Assembly (NCBI GenBank): GCA_965238005.1
Contig: OZ250165.1
Coordinates: 1 to 64,000, forward strand
Length of the DNA: 64,000 nt
Reading direction: 5' to 3'
From: Longimicrobiales bacterium
GTDB taxonomy: Bacteria > Gemmatimonadota > Gemmatimonadetes > Longimicrobiales > Gaopeijiaceae
Both the position numbers and the translations under genes were made by a program. Positions 19,085-28,085 of the stretch are shown piece by piece. Positions within the stretch are counted from its first letter, which is position 1. Each line of letters starts with the position of its first letter. A model generated the notes under the pieces. That model saw only the letters and a list, made by a program, of their open reading frames with translations. It searched no databases and was not told where the DNA came from.

Positions 19085-21586
19085 TCAGAATAGATCGGCA
19101 TCGAGAAGCCGCAGCGCTTCTTCGTCATACTCGACCACGGCCTCGCGCACCCCATCCGACTCACTCGAAACATTGGCGATCTCATAACCCATGGCCCGGT
19201 AGCCCTTCAGGCGCTTCTCGAACATGCGGCGGAGCATAGGCACCTCCCGGTCTACGTAGTCGAAGATGCGAACGTCGGTCTTTCCATGGTGTCTACGGTG
19301 GAGGCGACCAGCGTACTGGACCAGGGTCCCTCTCCAAGCGACTGGCATGGTCAGGAACAGCGTGTCGAGGCGGGCGTCGTCGAAGCCCTCCCCCGCGAAG
19401 CGCCCGGTCGCGACGATCACTCGTTCCTCGGTGTCCGGAATCGATGCGAGCATCTCTGCGGCCGCACGCCTGCGCTTCTTCCCCATCCCTCCCTGCAGTA
19501 TCACCAGGTTCCGCGCCACTCGCCGGAGTTCTTCGGCAAAGTACTCGAGATGATTCTTTCGCTCGGTCAGCAGGATCGGAGACCGGCCGTCCTCCAGGGC
19601 GCGGATGACGTCGTCAACGATCATCCTGTTCCGAGCCGCATCGAGCGTGATCTTGCCATAGATCTCCTGGATCCCGGGCACTCCGCTCGAGGCATCGATC
19701 CGGAATCCGGTGTCCCGGACTACAAGTCGGTGCGGGAACGGACGGTCAGCGGCTTGCCTCTTGGCGTCAACGGAGTAACGGATGGGCCCGAGTTGGAACT
19801 CCAGAATCGGGTGATGCCCGTCCCTCCGTCTCGGGGTGGCAGTGAGGCCGGTCACATACCGGGCCCGCACCTCCCGCATTACGCGTTCGAAGGACACCGC
19901 AGGGACGTGATGGCATTCGTCCACAAGCACGTGGCCGTAGTTCGCCACGAGGTCTTCGACGTCCCCACGACGCACTAAGCTCTGGATCATGGCGACGTCC
20001 ACTGCCCCGGTGACGCTGCGCCTACCGCCCCCGATCTGCCCAATGTCGTCCGGCTTCAGATCGAGGAAGAGGGCGAGCTGCGCCCGCCACTGATCGACGA
20101 GCTGGGTGCGGTGGACGATGACGAGCGTGCTCCTGCCGCGACTCGCGATGAGGTGGGCGCCGACCACGGTCTTTCCGCTTCCGGGTGGAGCCACGAACAC
20201 TCCGATGTTCCCCTCGATTAGGGCTCGAACGGCGGCTTTCTGCAGATCCGTGAGCTCTCCGTGGAACTGCAAGTTCAGCGGCTCTCCCTCGATCCGCTGA
20301 TCATCGACCACGGGCTCGATGTCGTGATCCCGTAGTACCTCTTCCAGCGCCGACAGACAGCCCCGAGGCAAGCCGATGTGTCCCGGTAGGTTCTCCGCAC
20401 AACTGATGATTCGCGGGGTCAGGGCCGTCGAGAGCCGCATGGCCTGCTTCTCATAGAACTGCGGGTTCCGGAACGCGGCCAGGCGGTTGATCCGGTCGAT
20501 GAGAGCCGGCGGCAGGTCCGCCTTCTCCACGAAAACCTGTTGCGCGAGCACGGCCTTGACCTTGCGGGGGAAGGGGCCTTCGATGCGTGGTTCCGGTCTT
20601 GGTCCTGAGGTCGGGCGCAGCCAGGGGACTTCGTCTTCCTTGTCGATGGCCCCGGCGTCCCGCAAGCCCAGGACCTTTCCACTGGCCGACGCCTCGCGAG
20701 CGAGCTCCTCCACCCTATGCGGATTGATCCGAGGCAGTGCCGCGAGATACTCCCACTGCTCGGGGAAAGGCTCCCACCTGGCGTCGACGAACACTGTATT
20801 GCCACTCTTCCTGGCTTCGTACTGCAGAGGGAGCGCGATGAGGTTCCCGAACCCCCCGCGCGGCATCGTGTCCTGGTTCGGGAAAAAGCGGTCATAGGAA
20901 TGCATTGGAAGCCCCGGGCGGGCCGCCATCGTCTCCGTGAGCAGGTAGGACGCCATCTTGCGGGCATCGCTCGCTGGTAAGGGTGCTGAGAAGAAGAACC
21001 AGACGTGTGCTCCATCACCCGAGCGGGAGCGCTCGACCGCCGGGGTGAGCCCGAAGCGCCGGCCCGTCTCCACGTAGGCGGCTACATCCCCCTGCCAGTG
21101 CCCCTTGTCGAAGTCGACGGCGAGGAACCGGCAGGTCTCGTCCTCCATCAGCGGGTACACACCCGCGACGTGGCGGCCTTGAAGGTGGTCGAAGAGCACC
21201 TCATCCGTGACGTCCAAGAACGCTTGGTTTGGGCACTCCCCGCACTTGACCCGTGGCTTCTCGCAGACGCCGTGGACCCACTCATTCCCACAAGCCGGCG
21301 CGTAGCCCTGCTTCTTCGTCCTCGAGTTTCGCCAAAGCTTCGGAAAGACGTCCGTTCGTCCCGAGAAGAGGGAGCGGAAGAGAGCCACCTTCTCCAGCTT
21401 TGATCCAGGCGCCCTGCCCAGGTCGAGCACCGGAAGCTCCAAGATCGGACTCTCACCCGAGGCCAGGTCGTTCCGCAGCTCCTCAAGGCGATTTTGGACA
21501 TGAGTCCGCTCGCTGTCGAGCTCTGCAAGCCGAGCTTCGGCGGCGGCGATCTCCTTGCGAAGAGAGTCTTGGTCGGGACGAGGCAT
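19085..21586 (-). CDS. TOTE-type archaeo-eukaryotic primase domain fused to an SF2 (ResIII-like) helicase
   Basis: LFRSLFSGRTDVF, Cys cluster, FLAVDFD, ERSRSGDGAHVWFFF. Then APPGSGKT, DECHH, LTAT, GEGFD, QYAGRLHR. Confidence 0.88.
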   Translation of the reverse strand: MPRPDQDSLRKEIAAAEARLAELDSERTHVQNRLEELRNDLASGESPILELPVLDLGRAPGSKLEKVALFRSLFSGRTDVFPKLWRNSRTKKQGYAPACGNEWVHGVCEKPRVKCGECPNQAFLDVTDEVLFDHLQGRHVAGVYPLMEDETCRFLAVDFDKGHWQGDVAAYVETGRRFGLTPAVERSRSGDGAHVWFFFSAPLPASDARKMASYLLTETMAARPGLPMHSYDRFFPNQDTMPRGGFGNLIALPLQYEARKSGNTVFVDARWEPFPEQWEYLAALPRINPHRVEELAREASASGKVLGLRDAGAIDKEDEVPWLRPTSGPRPEPRIEGPFPRKVKAVLAQQVFVEKADLPPALIDRINRLAAFRNPQFYEKQAMRLSTALTPRIISCAENLPGHIGLPRGCLSALEEVLRDHDIEPVVDDQRIEGEPLNLQFHGELTDLQKAAVRALIEGNIGVFVAPPGSGKTVVGAHLIASRGRSTLVIVHRTQLVDQWRAQLALFLDLKPDDIGQIGGGRRSVTGAVDVAMIQSLVRRGDVEDLVANYGHVLVDECHHVPAVSFERVMREVRARYVTGLTATPRRRDGHHPILEFQLGPIRYSVDAKRQAADRPFPHRLVVRDTGFRIDASSGVPGIQEIYGKITLDAARNRMIVDDVIRALEDGRSPILLTERKNHLEYFAEELRRVARNLVILQGGMGKKRRRAAAEMLASIPDTEERVIVATGRFAGEGFDDARLDTLFLTMPVAWRGTLVQYAGRLHRRHHGKTDVRIFDYVDREVPMLRRMFEKRLKGYRAMGYEIANVSSESDGVREAVVEYDEEALRLLDADLF

Positions 21587-21604
21587 GACCGGGTGACCTC
21601 CGAG

Positions 21605-22207
21605 TCACCGCCCTGGGGCGGATTCGAGAAACCCTGCGCTTTCGAGGCGCTGCGCAAGACGCCGGAGGCCGGCCCGCGTCCGAAGCGCATCCAAGTATGC
21701 GACCGGTGCCAGAGGATCCCGCACAAGAGAGGTGCGATGAGCTTCTGCCGCCCCGACGATTCGCTCTGAGTCCATCGCCCAAAGCCGATCAAGGAAGCTG
21801 GGTGGTCGTATCGGCTCAAGGCCGAAGCCGGCGAGCAGGGCCTTCGGGAAGTGCTTGGTGTTCCAGGTCACGATCACATCCGCTTCATAGTGAACCGCTA
21901 GCGCAAGCACATGTCGGTCACCCTCATCGGGTACCTGCACGTCCTGCTCCGCACCGTGGAAGCGGCTCCCGCACGCTTCGGGGAAGGCCCGTTGCATCTG
22001 GGAATCCAGGTGATCGAGCTGCTCCTCCGTCAGATCGGCTTTGACACGCAGATTTCGGCGGACCTCATCCAGGATCAACTCGGACCAGAGCGGCTCGTAG
22101 AGCCCTGCCTGCGCAAGCCAGAGAAGGAGATTCCGTAGCTGGAATGGATACAAGACGTTTGCATCCAGAACGGCAAGGAGCTTCAGGTCAGTAGCCCTGG
22201 CCCGCAT
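21605..22207 (-). CDS. PIN-domain toxin (PIN_3/VapC-like)
   Basis: AVLDANVLY, WSELILDE, PDEGDRHVLA, IVTWNTKHF. Confidence 0.88.
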   Translation of the reverse strand: MRARATDLKLLAVLDANVLYPFQLRNLLLWLAQAGLYEPLWSELILDEVRRNLRVKADLTEEQLDHLDSQMQRAFPEACGSRFHGAEQDVQVPDEGDRHVLALAVHYEADVIVTWNTKHFPKALLAGFGLEPIRPPSFLDRLWAMDSERIVGAAEAHRTSLVRDPLAPVAYLDALRTRAGLRRLAQRLESAGFLESAPGR

Positions 22208-22652
22208 CGGCCGTGGTCTTCGCCATTTCGCGAAGAGCCGCGTCGCGCTCCCGTTGCGATGCCGCCTCCCCACCACGACGCATCGTCGCCTTGTATCGCT
22301 CCACGTCCGCCCGGAGGATGCGACGGTGCGTCCCCACCATTCTGTAGCTCAGTTCCCCCTGCTCAAGAAGGTCGATGAGTGTGGGGCGCGACATGCCGAG
22401 ATCCGACGCCGCTTGGCTGGTCGTGTACTCGGTGTCCTCGGCGCAACCCTCCACCAGAACTGCGTTCCCCTTGGCGAACTCACTTAGAATTCTATCCAGC
22501 GCCTTACCCGTACCGGCGGACAACTCCACCCCGGCGACCCGCGTGCTCCCACCACGACTTCGCTGCCTCCGAGCGGCTCGGAGGGCTTCCTTCATCCTCC
22601 TTGCGGTATCAACGTCCTGTGCGGAAGGCTCGATTCTGTTCTTGACTGCCAT
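22188..22652 (-). CDS. excisionase-family HTH_17 DNA-binding protein (antitoxin-like)
   Basis: YTTSQAASDLGMSRPTLIDLLEQGELSYRMVGTHRRI. Confidence 0.85.
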   Translation of the reverse strand: MAVKNRIEPSAQDVDTARRMKEALRAARRQRSRGGSTRVAGVELSAGTGKALDRILSEFAKGNAVLVEGCAEDTEYTTSQAASDLGMSRPTLIDLLEQGELSYRMVGTHRRILRADVERYKATMRRGGEAASQRERDAALREMAKTTADAGQGY

Positions 22653-22683
22653 GGTCTCTCCTAATCTGTCCGGCGGCCCGTAT

Positions 22684-22715
22684 ACGTAATAAACGAAATA
22701 AACGCAACATACGCA
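22684..22715. promoter_or_regulatory. AT-rich direct repeats upstream of the HTH-PIN operon (possible operator)
   Basis: ATACGTAAT AAACGAAAT AAACGCAAC ATACGCAAG: 9-bp periodic A(A/T)ACGNAA units. Confidence 0.5.
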
Positions 22716-22833
22716 AGATCACAGCCGTGAGGGTTTGTACGTGGTTCGTCCTGGAGCCTCGGCCTCGGTCGCTACAGGGCGGCGCGGGCTCTTCTCTTGT
22801 GGGATGGAGATTCCAGCGACCGGGTTCTCACGA

Positions 22834-23081
22834 AGGGTTCTTCACCGGTAAGGACACCCGCCGCAATCTGGAGCCTTCCTTAGAGGTGAGCCGCGTGAGG
22901 AACCAGCCCCGCTCAAGGTTCCGGCCTCCGCGAAGATAACAGGAAGGAGGCCCGCTAGCGGCATCGAGGACGATGCCCAGTTGCTGGGAGGGGACTCGTG
23001 CCGATTGGCTGTGCAAGCGCGCGTGGAGGCGACCCGGATTCCCGCCACTTGATGCGATTTCCCCGGCATTTCAGTACATTC
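22834..23081 (+). repeat. 248-bp inverted repeat, arm 1 (partner 28180-28427)
   Basis: Reverse complement of 28180-28427 with one mismatch that I could see. Confidence 0.9.
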
Positions 23082-23178
23082 TAATCAGACTCGGTCCAAC
23101 GGCAAGAACGGCAGATCGTGCAGTCCTAGTTTAACTTAGACGATTTCTTGCCGTGATTCACGCCACCGTTACTCCGCC
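23029..23178 (+). repeat. structured island repeat, copy D
   Basis: Invariant 13-mer at 23111-23123. Arms ACGGCAAGAA and TTCTTGCCGT. Confidence 0.88.
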
Positions 23179-23349
23179 TTGCGGGCATGCGGTGGCAGAT
23201 GTGCATCCTCTTGCTCGCATTGAACTTACGAGCGTGACGTGCCGGATTCCCGCCAATTGATTCCCGCTAATTGGGTTCAGGCCCGAACTCTGCGGCGGTT
23301 GTCGAGCGCGTTCCTGAGCTGGTCCTCGTCGGCGTGCTGGTAGCGCACG

Positions 23350-23488
23350 CCACGAGTGGTGTGAATCACGGCAGGATATCGTCTAAAGTCAACCAGGACT
23401 GCACGATCTGCGTTTCTTGCCGTTCGACCATGCCTGAGTCCACCGCACTAGAATGGCGGGGAAATCGCATCAAATCGCGGGAACCCCG
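23350..23488 (-). repeat. structured island repeat, copy E
   Basis: CTGCACGATCTGC at 23399-23411. Inverted relative to copy D. Confidence 0.85.
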
Positions 23489-23606
23489 ATCGGCTCGAAC
23501 TGCTAACGGTACCTGCCGGAATAGACGACCGGCGGCGACCGGAGAGGCCGCCAAGCCAAGATCGGTTGGCGATCTCTTCGCTCGCTAGGAGGGTCCAGTT
23601 TGAGTG

Positions 23607-23849
23607 TTATCCCCAATCTGGAAAGAATTGCTTCAGGACTCCATGCGCCCCACGAGTTTTCCCAAGAGCGTGCCAGCTCACCGAGAACGTGACGTGCAAT
23701 CCTGCCCCATCGGATTGCTGTGGGAAGTCGCGTCCCTTGACCTCTGTCACTTCGACATCGTCAAAATCTGTCGGAATGAGGTTACGTGTCGCAAACAGGC
23801 CCTCGCAGAATTTCAGGACTGCTCGCTTCTTGGCAAGATCGTCAATCAT
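23607..23849 (-). CDS. small hypothetical protein
   Basis: MIDDLAKKRAVLKFCEG... 80 aa with a plausible composition. No family recognised. Confidence 0.35.
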   Translation of the reverse strand: MIDDLAKKRAVLKFCEGLFATRNLIPTDFDDVEVTEVKGRDFPQQSDGAGLHVTFSVSWHALGKTRGAHGVLKQFFPDWG

Positions 23850-24045
23850 AGCAGTTTCTGTACCATCGTTAACGGTTCCAGGGAAAGCATGGAAGGGCAG
23901 GAGGGCGGCCCCGCTGGCTGGTGTGGATGTCCTGGCATCCCCGGGGAAGAGCCGCTGCAGCAACTCCGGGTGGGACCCCCGCTCTCCTGCCCCGTAAAGT
24001 TCGGGGGCTACGCTAGCGACCCTAGTGGGTTCTGGCAAGGACCTG

Positions 24046-25356
24046 CGGACAAGCGCGCGATCAGGGAGTTCCTGAAGCGGGAGGGGCAGTTTCTGCTTCC
24101 GATGCTTGAGCTCGTGGAGCAGACGGAGGTCGCGATCGACGAAGTCATCCAGGTGATGGGACGAGCGACGATCGAAGCGGTGCTGGAGATGAGCGCCGAG
24201 GGTGTGGCAGGCGTGAAGCAGGCAGGTCGGTCACGAGCGGAAGACGACACGGTGTGGTATGGCCGGCAGGGTGGTGTGGTTTACCTGTCGGACCGGAAGG
24301 TGCGTGTGGAGCGGCCACGGCTCAGGCGCCGGGGCGCCGGGGAGGGTGGCGAGGTCGAGGTGCCGGCGTACGCAGCGATGCGGAGACCGGGCGCCGTGGC
24401 GGATCGGATGCTCGAGGTCCTGATGGCGGGGGTGAGCACGCGGAAGTACGGCCGTGTGATCGGTGAGATGGCCGACACGGTCGGGGTGAGCAAGTCGGCG
24501 GTGAGCCGTGAGACGGTCGAGGCCTCGGAGCGCGTGCTGAAGGAGCTGATGGAGCGCCGGCTGGATGCGTGGGACCTCCTGGTGATCTACCTGGACGGGA
24601 TCCAGATGGGCTCGCACCCTTGCTGGTAGTGTCCCTAGATTTGGACTCAGACGGAAAGAAGCACGTGCTGGGCGTGAGGGAAGGAGCGAGTGAGAACGCC
24701 GAGGTGACCAGCGCGCTCCTAGAGGATCTGGTCGAGCGCGGCCTGGACCCGGGCAGGCGGCGGCTGTTCGTGATCGATGGCTCGAAAGCGCTCAGGAAGG
24801 CGATCGAGAAGGTGTTCGGCCAACGTCACCCCATCCAGCGCTGCCGCAACCACAAGCTCCGCAACGTGCTGGGTCATCTGCCGAAGGATCAGCATCCTCA
24901 GGTGAAGGCGGCGTTCCGGGCGGCGATGAAGCTGGACGCGAAGCAGGGCGAGCAGAAGCTCGAGCAGCTCGCCCGATGGCTCGAGCGCGACCACCCCTCG
25001 GCCTCGGCCAGCCTACGCGAAGGCCTCAGCGAGATGTTCACGATCAACCGGCTCGGCCTCCCGCCGCGGCTGAGGAAGTGCCTGGGCTCGACCAACCTGA
25101 TCGACAGCACCCACTCGGGCGTAAGACAGAAGACCCGCAGGGTGACCAACTGGAAGAACGGAGCGATGGCCTTGCGCTGGGCTGCGGCCTCGTTCGTGGA
25201 GACCGAGAAGAGCTACCGGAGGATCATCGGCTACGACCAGCTCTGGATGCTCAGGGCCCACCTCGACGACCATGAACCGGTTGCCGAAATGAGAAAGGCA
25301 GGCTAACAAGGAGACTCTCCGGAGCCACCACCTTCAACTGTCAGCGGGACACTATC
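24046..25356 (+). mobile_element. second copy of the IS256 element, 5'-truncated and frameshifted
   Basis: Nearly identical to the reverse complement of 5700-6993. Local rearrangement at about 24619-24642 splits the ORF. The right end differs in its terminal bases. Confidence 0.9.
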
Positions 25357-25401
25357 TTTCCGTGCAGAAAAGGGGATACAAGATGATCCCGGAGTGCGCC
25401 T

Positions 25402-25479
25402 ATGTCCGATGCCATCACACGCCTCAACGCAGCCCTCGAAGGCCGCTACGCCATAGAGCGTGAGCTAGGCGAAGGCGGG
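25402..25479 (+). pseudogene. Ser/Thr protein kinase N-terminal stub
   Basis: MSDAITRLNAALEGRYAIERELGEGG, broken off in the glycine-rich loop. Confidence 0.75.
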
Positions 25480-25575
25480 TGTGAGTGGACTGATTGATTG
25501 CCCTCATGGGTCTCGGGCCTATCGAGGCGCCCACCCCCATCGTTCGGAGGTGGAGCTGCTGAAATATTTCGTGCG

Positions 25576-25603
25576 ATATACGATCGCGATCGCGATCGTA
25601 TAT
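25576..25603. repeat. perfect 28-bp palindrome
   Basis: ATATACGATCGCGATCGCGATCGTATAT equals its own reverse complement. Confidence 0.9.
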
Positions 25604-25848
25604 ATCAGGGCAGATTGCCCCACCGGGCTACGCCTGAGCGCCCATTGTGTGAGAATGTGGCGACCCCAGGGATAGCGGAACTGCCATCACTGGCGCTAGG
25701 ATGATCCGCGGGAGCGATCTTCCCCCGGGTCCGGAGGTGGGCAGCCACTGTAGAAGAGGGAGCGGTCCTTGATAGGAAGAAAAGCGAAGCTGGAGCCAAA
25801 GCCGACGTTTCCGATCGCTGCCATCTTGAACAGATCTTCTTTCGTCGA

Positions 25849-26523
25849 ATGCTAGCCGGCTGGTGGCCCGAGTTGCCGAGCTGGCTAAGCGGACGGCATC
25901 CGCGCCTTGCGGTTTCTGGCGAGTTCGATCTTGATCAGGACACGTATCAAGAGATCTCGGGAAGGATCGAGACTGACGAAGATGGTGACATCCACCTCCT
26001 CTCTTTTTTCTCGCAGGCGGATGAGGGCCGGTCGCCGGAGCTAAAAGTCTCGCTTGGCATTCATGGTCCCGAGAATGGGGTCAGTCGAGTCCATTACCGA
26101 TTCGCGCATAGCGAGACGCCGCTCTTCACGTGGGAGGAGGATGAGGACACCGCAAACTTGGAGAAAATTCTGCCGGTGCTCGAAAGTGCCAGCATCGCTC
26201 ATGTCACTAACATTTCCTTAGCGGTCGTGGTGGACGATCCAGACGAGGAGTTCGTTTTTCCACTGCCGATCGACCTTAATGGATCTCCCGTGTCTGGTTT
26301 CACCCAGATCAAGGGGGTTCGCCTTGCCCAGTTGGATCCTGACGATCCCACGCAGGAGTTATACAGCGCTATACTTGACTTAGGCGATGGTCCGGAGGCC
26401 AAGGGGTCGGCGTCGATCTACACGACTATAGAAGCACCCTTCCAGGCAAGTCTCCTCACTGTGGCACTCGAGAGAGCAATACCGGTTATCATGTTGACAC
26501 TGCAGCAAGTCGCAGAGTCGTGA
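25849..26523 (+). CDS. hypothetical acidic protein
   Basis: 224-aa ORF, first gene of a compact three-gene operon. Confidence 0.65.
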   Translation: MLAGWWPELPSWLSGRHPRLAVSGEFDLDQDTYQEISGRIETDEDGDIHLLSFFSQADEGRSPELKVSLGIHGPENGVSRVHYRFAHSETPLFTWEEDEDTANLEKILPVLESASIAHVTNISLAVVVDDPDEEFVFPLPIDLNGSPVSGFTQIKGVRLAQLDPDDPTQELYSAILDLGDGPEAKGSASIYTTIEAPFQASLLTVALERAIPVIMLTLQQVAES

Positions 26524-26536
26524 GGGGGAGAACGGA

Positions 26537-27142
26537 ATGATCGAGACACCATCCGGGTGGATTCATGAGGAGGACCTCACGCGAGCTGAGGTTCTCGATC
26601 GCCGGGATAGCTTCGAGCTCAGGCAGGCATGCGTGGCGTACCTGAAGTCTCATCACACTCTAACCCGCCCGAAGTCGATTGGGGCTGCGAGCGACCGAAA
26701 TGTGCAGAAGGCACTCGTCCAGGCTTCAATACGACGGTTGGTCGGTATTAGGGCTCGTGATTCCGCACTACACTCATTACTCTCACAGCGAGAGGGCGTA
26801 ATCGAAGAGCAGTCCAAGACGATTGACCGGCTCCTTGCGTACATCCCAGCTCGCGCGGCACCCCTTTCGGATCAGCGCCTCCAGGAGATCGCCGGCTACG
26901 TTTCCGACTTCCTAACCAAGCGAGATCTATCGGCCAACGTCCATGTGGTCGACGAAACGGGACCGGATACGCTTGCATGCCATCGCCTCACCGTCATGCT
27001 CGACAAAGCAGACATCCGTACCATCTCACAGATCGAAGACGAACTCTTCGACCTCCTGGCGGAGATAGCGGAACCTGAAGAAGCTCCTTCGCTGAACCTC
27101 ACCGTCGCATCTGAAGCCGAGCAGGATGGACCCGCGGCGTAA
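26537..27142 (+). CDS. hypothetical protein (possible antitoxin partner)
   Basis: RBS GGGGGAG. Overlaps the downstream HEPN gene. Confidence 0.7.
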   Translation: MIETPSGWIHEEDLTRAEVLDRRDSFELRQACVAYLKSHHTLTRPKSIGAASDRNVQKALVQASIRRLVGIRARDSALHSLLSQREGVIEEQSKTIDRLLAYIPARAAPLSDQRLQEIAGYVSDFLTKRDLSANVHVVDETGPDTLACHRLTVMLDKADIRTISQIEDELFDLLAEIAEPEEAPSLNLTVASEAEQDGPAA

Positions 27143-27560
27143 TCTTGAGGTTGCCGAGGCCCTCAGGGATCCCGACTCTTCGGTGCACGCTGAGGCTTCA
27201 TACAGGGCGTCCTGTTCGAGGGCTTACTACGCTGCCTTCGGTCATGCACGAGAGGTTCTGGATCGTGCGGGTATCCCAACCGACGGGGCTCCCGGTATGA
27301 GTGCCCATGCCCGAGTGGCTTCAGCTCTCAAGGGTTCGACTGTTGGCCAGGTTCGGGCGGCCGGCTTCAGACTCGAAAGGCTACATAGCACCCGAAAGCA
27401 GGCAGACTACGATGTGGGAACCAGAGCAGCCAAGCTAAGACATCCAATTGATGAGACAGAGGCGGAGAGGGCTTCGGAGACTGCCGTGCGGATAGTCGAA
27501 CGTATCGAGAGAGCCCGCCCGAAGGATAAGGCTCTCGGCGTTCCCAACCCCGGGCCATAG
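27126..27560 (+). CDS. HEPN-domain protein
   Basis: SRAYYAAF and LHSTRKQADY motifs. Confidence 0.85.
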   Translation: MDPRRNLEVAEALRDPDSSVHAEASYRASCSRAYYAAFGHAREVLDRAGIPTDGAPGMSAHARVASALKGSTVGQVRAAGFRLERLHSTRKQADYDVGTRAAKLRHPIDETEAERASETAVRIVERIERARPKDKALGVPNPGP

Positions 27561-27594
27561 AGGGGCGCCAGCTCGGGACGGTGGGGCTCCCTCC

Positions 27595-28085
27595 CCGCCT
27601 CGATGCCGCGTGCCTTCAGATCCCGCAACACCTCCGACCAGGACTCGACCGACTCTCGGTAGCCCGATCTCAGGGCCAACACCTCCTTCGTCCCGTCTCG
27701 CATCGCGCCCAGCACCACCAGCAGCGCCGCCTTGTCCCGCTCGAGCCCTGCCTTCACGTAGATCCCGTCCGCCCATACGTAGACGACCTCACGGCCCTCC
27801 AGGCGACGCTGGCTCCATTCCTCGAACTCCGCCGTCCATCCCGCCCGCAGTCTCCGAATCGAAGACTTCGACAGCGGTGCCCCCTCGCCTAGCAGTCCCC
27901 GCATCGCCAGCTCGAAGTCTCCCTCCGCCAGCCCGTGCAGATACAGCTCCGGAAGCAGAGCGCCCAGCTCCTTCGTCCGCCTCGCGAACAACGGCAGCAC
28001 CCGACTCTCGAACCGCTCCTCGACGCCCCGAACCCGAGGGCGTCGGAGTGTGATCGTGCCCGAGCTCATCGCCAACCGCCTCGGC
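27595..28085 (-). pseudogene. IS256-family transposase internal fragment (different element)
   Basis: RRPRVR...FESRVLP...LYLHGLAEGDF...YVWADGIY...GYRESVESW. Truncated on both sides. Confidence 0.88.

Noticed and set aside
23125..23155. Repeat core as a dif/Xer site
   Set aside because: Minus-strand CTAAGTTAAAC resembles a XerD arm, but there is no XerC arm at 6-bp spacing.
23450..23472. Sigma-54 promoter in the repeat
   Set aside because: GG-N10-GC fits copy E, but GG is lost in D and F and the consensus match is weak.
23604..24045. Long N-terminal extension of the second IS256 transposase
   Set aside because: Chance read-through from unrelated DNA. Homology to copy 1 starts at about 24046.
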